Source of the DNA: a virus | Lineage: Duplodnaviria; Caudoviricetes | Length of the DNA stretch: 64,000 bases | Virus record (IMG/VR): IMGVR_UViG_3300035698_021037 | Coordinates: 1,903 to 65,902 of that record | Direction: 5' to 3' (one strand) | Shown here: in pieces, positions 9,469-17,162 of the stretch | How positions within the stretch are numbered: position 1 is the first letter of the stretch | How the letters are laid out: each line of letters opens with the position of its first letter | The notes under the pieces: generated by a model | What the model was told of the DNA's origin: nothing | Seen by the model: only the letters and a program-made list of their open reading frames with translations | Database searches by the model: none | Made by a program: the position numbers and the translations under genes

Positions 9469-10571
9469 TCCAAAGCTACCCCCATAGCGTCGCGCTGTAC
9501 CGCCAACACGTTACGTACCTCCTCCACGTTGTTTGTCCTCAGCAGACGCACCAGGAACCCGTGAAGCTCATTCTCGCTAGTCTTATCGACAAGTTGATCG
9601 AGACAGGTTTCAGCAGAGACCTTATTAGGGGCGACGTTGTCAATTATCTTACCGTTCGAAACCAGCTCGGGACGAATAGGTACAAGCCAACGCTCGCAGC
9701 CTCGATCGTTACACGCTGAGTTTAAATCCTCCTGCGCATCTTCTATGTCTGATTGAAAAATAACGACGACATAGGGCTTAGCTACCTCCTCAGGGAAGCT
9801 AGGGTCTGAGTCTCTGGGATCAGGAATTGATGTTCGAATAGTCTCGCACGTTGCTTTGAGTGTTTCCTTGCTAACAACTGTACCTCGATAAAATGGACGT
9901 GTCGCCAAGGGGATTCTCGTGATCTTGTTGTCCTTCCAAAGAATCACGGACTTATCTGGTGGCTCGTCAATCGCTTGAAGATTCGTCGTTCCCACGTAGT
10001 AAAAAGAATGACCTCCTATATTAAAGGTGTAGTCATGATGAATGTCGCCCATAAGAATGAGCTTAACATGCTCTGGAATCTGCGAAGCTTCAAAGTCCCA
10101 AGCAGTGTTTCCAATGTCATCCTCGAAAGGAAGAGCTTGTTTGAACGCTTGATGAAGACAAAGAGCTCCAGCTTCCTTAGGGATATGCTTCAGATCTTCC
10201 GCGAGTGTCTCTGGATCTCGGTAGTCGAGAAAGTACGTGTTTTCATCAAAGAGACACATCTTTTTATTCACGTGGATAATATTCTGATGAGACTCTACCC
10301 AGGGAGGATCAGAAAGATCGTGTTGTCCTTGAATCGCATAGACGGGCACTCCACCTTTTTGAAGTCGATCCATCTGTGTATGAAACTCGATGACTGTTCG
10401 ACTGTCTAACTTCTTCGCGTCGAAGAGATCACCTAAAATAACCAGAGACTCTTTTTCTCGAAGACAGATATCAACAATCTGTTTCAAAGCAAAATAACCA
10501 TCTCCTCGCAATGATGGATGACGTGACCATGTATAAGGGGCAAGATGATTGTCGCCTGTAACAATAGGCAA
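9465..10571 (-). CDS. sbcD: SbcD/Mre11-like metallophosphoesterase nuclease (gp47-like)
   Basis: GDNH, GDLFD, GQHD, LH and GDIH motifs; SbcC nearby. Confidence 0.9.
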   Translation of the reverse strand: MPIVTGDNHLAPYTWSRHPSLRGDGYFALKQIVDICLREKESLVILGDLFDAKKLDSRTVIEFHTQMDRLQKGGVPVYAIQGQHDLSDPPWVESHQNIIHVNKKMCLFDENTYFLDYRDPETLAEDLKHIPKEAGALCLHQAFKQALPFEDDIGNTAWDFEASQIPEHVKLILMGDIHHDYTFNIGGHSFYYVGTTNLQAIDEPPDKSVILWKDNKITRIPLATRPFYRGTVVSKETLKATCETIRTSIPDPRDSDPSFPEEVAKPYVVVIFQSDIEDAQEDLNSACNDRGCERWLVPIRPELVSNGKIIDNVAPNKVSAETCLDQLVDKTSENELHGFLVRLLRTNNVEEVRNVLAVQRDAMGVALE

Positions 10572-10628
10572 ATCTATTCTCCTTTCCGGTTAAAGCTGAG
10601 AGTCTAAAAGGGGCTTTAGGGTTCAAAA

Positions 10629-10702
10629 TAAACATTCTTGTAAAGAATGTTATGGTAAACAAACTACTTACTTACCATAACATTACTTAAAAGTAATGTT
10701 TA
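10629..10702. repeat. AT-rich nested inverted repeats
   Basis: AACATTCTT/AAGAATGTT, ATGTTATGGTAA/TTACCATAACAT and AACATTACTT/AAGTAATGTT, enclosed by outer TAAACATT/AATGTTTA. Confidence 0.85.
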
Positions 10703-10703
10703 C

Positions 10704-11558
10704 TTAAGAGATTAGAGGTTTATTTTTACATATAAGTGTATACGTCCTAAGTCCTTTCAGTTGGTTGATTAATGTAGTAAAGTCTTTAGCTGTTAACCTT
10801 CTTTCAGTACTCTCGTTACTAAGATCAGGAAAAAGGAGGTTCATATTTGAATTAAGTAGCTTTTCCGGATATCTGGCTTTGATATAACGACGTTTAAGGG
10901 TTAGCCGATGGGATCCCGTTTTTATTTCCATGTCCGTTAAATCGTCTGGACGAACACAACTATCTGAAATTGCTCTTAAATCTGCTCTCCAATTATCTTT
11001 TTCTGGGTAAACTGAGAACTGAATGACTGTGGGCACGTCCGTAATCCTCTTCACAGTACGCGAGAAGGCCTGTCTCAGAGCCCTGAACGTATCCAGAGGG
11101 GGTTTGTGAGGAAAAGACATACCCGCGCGAAAATACACTCGTTTTTCCGCGCTACCTGGAGACAGATAAGTCGAGAATTTTAGGACAGCGCGTAAATTAC
11201 AGAACACACAGGCACGAGATTTGCATGTGTGTATGGGTCCGTCTCGAAGCTTCGGAATGAAGATCGAATCTGGAAGAGTGCAATTCATCATGTTCCAGGT
11301 AAGTGAGGGATCTAACTGTTTCAACTTATGCAAAGGTAAAACAGCGTCTCTCCAAGCATGAAACGTAACAAGCATGGCTTTTGCGTATAAAGTTTCGTGC
11401 TCGCCAAGGCCAGAAAGGTTTGTATGCGCGGTGTAGGGAGATTCTTTAAACGCGCGCATGATCTCCCCAAACCGGGGCTGAAACATGAATTTCCATACCC
11501 TCCATCGCCATGGATTCATGGAAAAAGGCTCTTCAATTATCCACCTGACGGGTTTCAT
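10704..11558 (-). CDS. hypothetical protein with a Rep-like Zn finger
   Basis: C..(18)..CKSRACVFC resembles the Zn motif of rolling-circle Rep/IS91-type proteins; no intact HUH motif seen. Confidence 0.45.
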   Translation of the reverse strand: MKPVRWIIEEPFSMNPWRWRVWKFMFQPRFGEIMRAFKESPYTAHTNLSGLGEHETLYAKAMLVTFHAWRDAVLPLHKLKQLDPSLTWNMMNCTLPDSIFIPKLRDGPIHTCKSRACVFCNLRAVLKFSTYLSPGSAEKRVYFRAGMSFPHKPPLDTFRALRQAFSRTVKRITDVPTVIQFSVYPEKDNWRADLRAISDSCVRPDDLTDMEIKTGSHRLTLKRRYIKARYPEKLLNSNMNLLFPDLSNESTERRLTAKDFTTLINQLKGLRTYTLICKNKPLIS

Positions 11559-11971
11559 TGCTCTTCAATATCGGGTAATGACGCTCCAACCTCAATGATC
11601 CCCATCTGTTCCGCTAAAAAGTTGAGAGTTCCCATAGGTGGTACGCTAGACCAGGCATTCTCGGTTACCAAGTATATCTCGCATACCTGATTACGAATCT
11701 TGAAGTTGACGAATTCTGCGAGAGCTACCCATTCACCTTCCTTCAAGTGTGTCTGAATCTCTCCAATAACGAGCTGTGCATCTGGTAATTCATCGAAGAA
11801 AAAGATACTACCTTGAAGCAGCGCCGGATCTTCTTGGTAGGTTATTTTAGGGTAGCAGCTGGAGTTGGTAAAATGTAAGAACGATAAGTAGCTACCCAAT
11901 TTCTTCCCGCTTGTTAGGTTACGAGAGTGGCGTAAAATCGATAGCTGTCCCACTGGAAATGATTTCGTCAT
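11555..11971 (-). CDS. hypothetical protein
   Basis: 138 aa ORF overlapping both neighbours. Confidence 0.5.
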   Translation of the reverse strand: MTKSFPVGQLSILRHSRNLTSGKKLGSYLSFLHFTNSSCYPKITYQEDPALLQGSIFFFDELPDAQLVIGEIQTHLKEGEWVALAEFVNFKIRNQVCEIYLVTENAWSSVPPMGTLNFLAEQMGIIEVGASLPDIEEQ

Positions 11972-13277
11972 GATTTACATCCAAGGTTGTAATCTCTCCC
12001 CACGAACAAATTGTATCTCGAAAGAGGTGTGTCGACATTCCCGTTGATGTGAGTACCCATAACGTTGGGATGGGTTGTTCAACGGGAGCTATACCTGCCC
12101 CGTCCGTAAAGTAGACAACAAAATCTGGTGGTGGGTAGAGTTCTGGTATCTTCTTAAATGCGGGACGGAAATCGGTCCCTCCTCGACCAGAGAACTTCTC
12201 GATCTTCATGTACCTTTTGTACTCCACGATTTTTGTGACCCCAGCGTCTACATGCATAACGTGCACAAACGTTCCACGTTCTGCAAGCCCTTTAACCTCT
12301 GGCTCGACATATTGAAGCTCTTGCTTGCTCATTGACATACTTGTATCAATAACAAACAGAGCTACAAGTCCGTGTTTGCGGATGCGTCCAAAATGTTGTG
12401 GACAACGTCTGGAGGGTCTTCGTTTACTAGGTACAATATCCTTACGCGCGTACTTGCCTTCGTACTTACGAAGATGAACGTACCAAGGTATCTTGGACGG
12501 CTGTTCAAGAGCTTTAACGTACTCCTCAGCGTCCAGCGATTTAAATCCTCGCGCAACACTCTCTTTCAGCTCATCCGTTACCTGTTTAACAACGTTAACG
12601 ATCGCCGCGTCTTTAATAACGTCGGATACTTCATTGCCAGAGTCTGACTCATTCTCAAGGATAACTTCTAGCTTATACTCTCCGTTACCATCGTTGACGA
12701 GCTTCATCTCAATCTTGTTCTTCACTTCTTCAATCCGACCCAAGATGAGTTTACAATACGCTTCGGTTGTCAAATTAGGGGGAAAGTTGAAGTCCTTAAT
12801 AAGCAAAGGCTTAAACGCCGAGGTAATAATAGCCGGTGCGTCAATAAATTGATTAACCACAAGATCAGCGGCTATTCCCTCTATTTCTATTCCATACTTA
12901 TCCGCAAGTTTCCTACCTCGAGAGCCTACATGACCTTGAATAAAGTGAAGAGTTTCATGTTTCAGAACTTCTCGAAATGGGTTGATATCAAGCAATCCCA
13001 ACTTCTTTAACGCAGGAAAACAGAGTCGCATAACCATGGTTCCATCTGCGATTACTCCAATAGAAGCAGGGGCGGGTATGCGTGGAGTATCTTCAGCTCG
13101 AATGTCCATGTGATGTAAAAACAGCGCGTAGCCAATGTCACCCTGATCCTGGTAATCTTTACCATGAAGTAGCGTATAGATGACACGACTAACTAACTTC
13201 TGCTCCTCTTCGGTTAGCGGCCGGCTACCCAACGGCTGCTTCTTGCGCTGCTTGTTGCTGTTGGTTGATCCAGTCAT
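11919..13277 (-). CDS. HEXXH metallopeptidase-like + VWA domain protein (DUF2201-like)
   Basis: HETLH...AADLVVN; MIDAS DTSMSMS, GRGGTDF and FTDG; adjacent to a MoxR ATPase. Confidence 0.85.
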   Translation of the reverse strand: MTGSTNSNKQRKKQPLGSRPLTEEEQKLVSRVIYTLLHGKDYQDQGDIGYALFLHHMDIRAEDTPRIPAPASIGVIADGTMVMRLCFPALKKLGLLDINPFREVLKHETLHFIQGHVGSRGRKLADKYGIEIEGIAADLVVNQFIDAPAIITSAFKPLLIKDFNFPPNLTTEAYCKLILGRIEEVKNKIEMKLVNDGNGEYKLEVILENESDSGNEVSDVIKDAAIVNVVKQVTDELKESVARGFKSLDAEEYVKALEQPSKIPWYVHLRKYEGKYARKDIVPSKRRPSRRCPQHFGRIRKHGLVALFVIDTSMSMSKQELQYVEPEVKGLAERGTFVHVMHVDAGVTKIVEYKRYMKIEKFSGRGGTDFRPAFKKIPELYPPPDFVVYFTDGAGIAPVEQPIPTLWVLTSTGMSTHLFRDTICSWGEITTLDVNHDEIISSGTAIDFTPLS

Positions 13278-14469
13278 CGTATGTCTCCGAAGCCTTAATC
13301 ATCTTTTCGTTAAGGGTCTCTCGCTTGGTAGAGAGAAAGGTGAGCATCTCGTTTTGAAGTGAACCACTAGAAATTGAGTTCAGTAACTCATCAGCCATAT
13401 CCATTCGCGTATCCGCGATTACTTCCATGAAGTCAAAGAGATAGGTTTTTGCTTTCAAATCAATCTCTTTTTTGAGTACCTCAATATCTTGCTTTCGAGA
13501 GAGAAGCGCTCGCAGCTCGAAGCTAGTTACTCCAATCAGCGCTGTCTTTCCTTCTTTAATCCACTTTAAAATGCGGTTCATGTGAACGTTATGCTCAGAC
13601 TCGTCTGCGTCGAGGAACTGTGCGACTGAGATTGGATATAAGTCGGGGTTGTTTCCTTTTGAAATAAACGTGTTAAAAGCAACAGCAACGGCGTTACTAA
13701 CGTTGATCTCAACCATCTTGATGATCAGATCTCTGCTAATATTCGCTTGTGTCCACTTTTGAAAGGAGTGGCCTATGTTGGCCCATGCGCGAGAATCCAC
13801 AGCATCAATAAATGACTGGTTGAGAAACAAGAATTGAAATAGCAGCTCCGGAAGCGTCTTGTTCCTACTCCAATAAAGAAGCTTCTCGCTAGCTTTTGGT
13901 TGTACAGGAAGAACCAGAAACCGCGACATCAGGGCCTCATCAACTGATTTGACAGTAATGTACTCAGCGGTTTCCGGGTTGGTCGCTGCGATCTGAATCC
14001 AACCCGGGTGCATCTTCAACTCTCCCATCCGACCACTAATGATCATACGCAGCTGGTCTTGATGTTCAACGCTGCCAGAGAAGACCTCGTCATGAAATAG
14101 ACAACCACGTCCTGTAGCTGTGTTTGGTACTCGTCCAAAGCCGGGGATACCATCTGATGCCCTATGGACCGTATGACGATCCGCCTCACCGCCATTTACG
14201 ATTTCTTGAAGTCCAACATTATCTTCAAAAACCGTTGCTCCGACGTGCCAAGGTCCAAATTCCGCGTCCGCCGTATCACAAGCTTCTTCTACTACTCGAC
14301 TTTTACCTATGCCATGGCTACCGAGTAACAGTACTACCTTCCCCAGGTCGGGATGCCTGTCATCAACCCCGGGGATCTCCTTGAGTTCCGCCACTAAGAT
14401 CTTGTGGATTTCCTCCAGGCTGAAGCGTGTTGAGCTCTCCCATGCCTGTGTTAGCTTGCTCTTCGCCAT
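13225..14469 (-). CDS. MoxR-like AAA+ ATPase
   Basis: GSHGIGKS, FHDEV, AATNP, ALMSRF. Confidence 0.85.
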   Translation of the reverse strand: MAKSKLTQAWESSTRFSLEEIHKILVAELKEIPGVDDRHPDLGKVVLLLGSHGIGKSRVVEEACDTADAEFGPWHVGATVFEDNVGLQEIVNGGEADRHTVHRASDGIPGFGRVPNTATGRGCLFHDEVFSGSVEHQDQLRMIISGRMGELKMHPGWIQIAATNPETAEYITVKSVDEALMSRFLVLPVQPKASEKLLYWSRNKTLPELLFQFLFLNQSFIDAVDSRAWANIGHSFQKWTQANISRDLIIKMVEINVSNAVAVAFNTFISKGNNPDLYPISVAQFLDADESEHNVHMNRILKWIKEGKTALIGVTSFELRALLSRKQDIEVLKKEIDLKAKTYLFDFMEVIADTRMDMADELLNSISSGSLQNEMLTFLSTKRETLNEKMIKASETYDDWINQQQQAAQEAAVG

Positions 14470-14806
14470 CGGTTACCTTTCTTACAGGTTGTTGCTGTTG
14501 CTGAAACATCATAACGCCGCGCTGACAAAATCCCGCCTGGAAATCAGAAATTTTACCTGATACAGCAAGAACATCCAAAGGGGACATAGTTTGAGGTTGT
14601 ACAATCCAGGCCCCCGCCGGCGGATTTTGCCTATTGGACATCTGAGGAATCGCCCAGTCAATGATAAGCGCGACAGAGCGTATAGCAGGCTGTTGATCAA
14701 GTACTTCTTTAATCTTTACCTGAAGCTGCGTCATAACAACAGTATACGGATTGGTTTTTTCATCTTCTGCGCGTATTTCCTGCTTCGGTGTTTCAGATTT
14801 TGACAC
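14363..14806 (-). CDS. hypothetical protein
   Basis: 147 aa ORF; its low-complexity tail overlaps the ATPase start. Confidence 0.5.
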   Translation of the reverse strand: MSKSETPKQEIRAEDEKTNPYTVVMTQLQVKIKEVLDQQPAIRSVALIIDWAIPQMSNRQNPPAGAWIVQPQTMSPLDVLAVSGKISDFQAGFCQRGVMMFQQQQQPVRKVTDGEEQANTGMGELNTLQPGGNPQDLSGGTQGDPRG

Positions 14807-14823
14807 AATACGACCCTTCTTAT

Positions 14824-14970
14824 CTATGAACCTAATGACTGGGATTTCGCGAAGATGTAAATACAGCAGATTCCAAGAATAATCGCCAGGATGTTTTTAT
14901 CAATAAATCCCCAAGCGATAATCCCAAAGCCACCGACCGCTATAGCGCCTACGGTAAAATCATCATTCAA
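14824..14970 (-). CDS. small membrane protein (48 aa, below the ORF-track cutoff)
   Basis: TTG start after AGAGGG; MNDDFTVGAIAVGGFGIIAWGFIDKNILAIILGICCIYIFAKSQSLGS has two hydrophobic segments and fills the intergenic gap. Confidence 0.55.
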   Translation of the reverse strand: MNDDFTVGAIAVGGFGIIAWGFIDKNILAIILGICCIYIFAKSQSLGS

Positions 14971-15160
14971 GCTTTACCCTCTCGTCGTTATTTACGGTAA
15001 TAACGCGAGACTCCACGGTATCTGGATCTAGCGCAGCGAAGTTTGTTTTCACAGGTCTTCGGTGAGAATGTAGCTGACCCATGTAATAAAGTGGAGACTC
15101 TTGCCTAGGGTCTACTCTTCCCATACGCTCCATAAATGATCGTGAAGATCTTGTCAGCAT
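14963..15160 (-). CDS. small hypothetical protein
   Basis: 65 aa ORF preceded by GGAGGAG. Confidence 0.5.
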   Translation of the reverse strand: MLTRSSRSFMERMGRVDPRQESPLYYMGQLHSHRRPVKTNFAALDPDTVESRVITVNNDERVKLE

Positions 15161-15183
15161 AATCGCTCCTCCGAAGTTAAATC

Positions 15184-15213
15184 TTGACTTAGCAATCTGG
15201 TTGCTTGTATATT
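15184..15213 (+). promoter_or_regulatory. putative sigma70-type promoter for terminase
   Basis: TTGACT-N18-TATATT upstream of terL. Confidence 0.5.
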
Positions 15214-15330
15214 GTAAAACAATGCCTTACCGTTTACTGACGGAATAGGCGGGAAACAAGCTCAGCTATAGCTGTTGCGAACTCTTCAAACATACTGACT
15301 ATTAAACCAAACGGATTAGGAGAATTCATT

Positions 15331-17121
15331 ATGTCCTCCTTACTTGACCAGACTCGCGCCGCCGTAGGGGCGTGGGTCAGTGGCGCAAAAGATTTTAAGC
15401 CTTCAGTCGAAGACGTGATGGATGCGTTTGTTGAACAACAAAAGGTTAAACCAACCAGAACTCTTGTTCCTATTTTACCACTTCTAACGTTGAAGGGTGA
15501 GCCCTATAATCTGATTGATCATTTCCCAATGGAACCGTTGTTCAGCCTAGATGTCCCGCAGCAGCTGTTGTTAAAATGCGGCCGGCAGATATCCAAGTCT
15601 ACAAGTCTAGCAGCTCAAAACGTACTTCAATCGTTGACCTTACCTTACTTTCAAACATTGTTCATAGCTCCACGCTACGAACAGATTCGTAAGTTCTCCA
15701 GTAACTATATGCGACCCTTCATAGAATATTCTCCAATCTCGCACTTGATCACAGATAGCAAGTGTGAAAACTCCGTGTTACAAAAGACTCTACGAAATGG
15801 GTCGAGAATGTTCTTTACGTTCGCACTCCTCGACGTCGACCGAGCTCGTGGTATCTCAGGCGATAAGGCTGTGTACGACGAGGTACAAGACCTTGATTAC
15901 GATTTCATTCCTATCCTCCGTTCTTGTTTAGACGCGTCAGAGTGGTCGTTACAACAATACAGTGGGACTCCTAAAACACTCGACAATACGATTCAAGCGC
16001 TATGGGAAGATACTTCCCAAGCGGAATGGGCGATCAAGTGTGAAGCATGTAACTTCATCAACATTCCCGCCGCAGATCATCATATCATTAAGATGATCGG
16101 CAAGAATGGGATAGTTTGTTCAAAATGTGGTAGGCCTATTAACCCCCGGTATGGTAAGTGGTGGCATCGATATCCAGATCGTCGTTGGCAATTTGCTGGT
16201 TATCACATTCCTCAGATTATTATGCCTATGCATTATGCTGTAGAGGGCAAGTGGCAAAAGATCATAGCTGCTATGAATGGATTTCAGACAACTCAATCTG
16301 CGTTTATGAATGAGATCCTGGGGGAAAGTAGTGACGTAGGTGTCAAGCTGATTACTCTCACAGATCTTCAGAGAGCCGCCTGTTTACCCTGGAATAACGA
16401 GCGCAATGAGGCATTAAAACACGTAGGCGATTATGTTCTACGCGTCATGGGAGTGGACTGGGGAGGTGGAGGCGCCAACGAGATATCTTTCACTACGCTC
16501 TGTATTCTGGGGCTTAGGCCTGACGGAAAGATTGATTGTATCTACTCGGAACGGCTATATGCTACCCTGACTCATGACGAAGAAGCCTACAAGATACTCA
16601 TGGACTTTAAGGCTTTTCAGTGCCAGTACATTGCACATGATTACGGTGGGTCTGGATCAGTTAAAGAGGCGTTGCTCATCCATTCTGGAATTCCTATAGA
16701 CCGTATTATTCCTCTTCTCTACGTTCGCGCCACAACGAAAAACATACTGACGCATAACCCCCCATCCAACAACTCTTCCCGACACTTTTGGAGTCTAGAT
16801 AAGACACGATCCCTGGTGTTACTAACCTCGATGATCAAAACGGTGGGTATTCGCTTTCCAAAGTACGACTCTGTGAAAGACCTCGTCAGCGATTTTCTGG
16901 CGCTAATTGAGGACAAGCACGAAATGGCTAGCGGTGCGGACGTCTTTCTTATCACGAGGAATCCAAAGATGAAGGATGATCTTTGTCATTCGATTAACTT
17001 CGCTGCAATTACCATCTGGCATTACACCCAGAAGTGGCCTGACCTGGCTAAGCAATTTGACATGAAGCTTACGAAGGAACAGCGAGAGTTTCTTGCACCG
17101 AAGAAGCCTTCGTTTACGTGA
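15331..17121 (+). CDS. terL: terminase large subunit (GpA-like)
   Basis: GRQISKST Walker A, RARG, YDEVQD Walker B, GTPK, CxxC Zn motifs, nuclease GVDWG and DD..HS. Confidence 0.88.
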   Translation: MSSLLDQTRAAVGAWVSGAKDFKPSVEDVMDAFVEQQKVKPTRTLVPILPLLTLKGEPYNLIDHFPMEPLFSLDVPQQLLLKCGRQISKSTSLAAQNVLQSLTLPYFQTLFIAPRYEQIRKFSSNYMRPFIEYSPISHLITDSKCENSVLQKTLRNGSRMFFTFALLDVDRARGISGDKAVYDEVQDLDYDFIPILRSCLDASEWSLQQYSGTPKTLDNTIQALWEDTSQAEWAIKCEACNFINIPAADHHIIKMIGKNGIVCSKCGRPINPRYGKWWHRYPDRRWQFAGYHIPQIIMPMHYAVEGKWQKIIAAMNGFQTTQSAFMNEILGESSDVGVKLITLTDLQRAACLPWNNERNEALKHVGDYVLRVMGVDWGGGGANEISFTTLCILGLRPDGKIDCIYSERLYATLTHDEEAYKILMDFKAFQCQYIAHDYGGSGSVKEALLIHSGIPIDRIIPLLYVRATTKNILTHNPPSNNSSRHFWSLDKTRSLVLLTSMIKTVGIRFPKYDSVKDLVSDFLALIEDKHEMASGADVFLITRNPKMKDDLCHSINFAAITIWHYTQKWPDLAKQFDMKLTKEQREFLAPKKPSFT

Positions 17122-17162
17122 TAGGTGGAAATTCTTTAGGTATTGTACTGGTGGGTTTAGAA

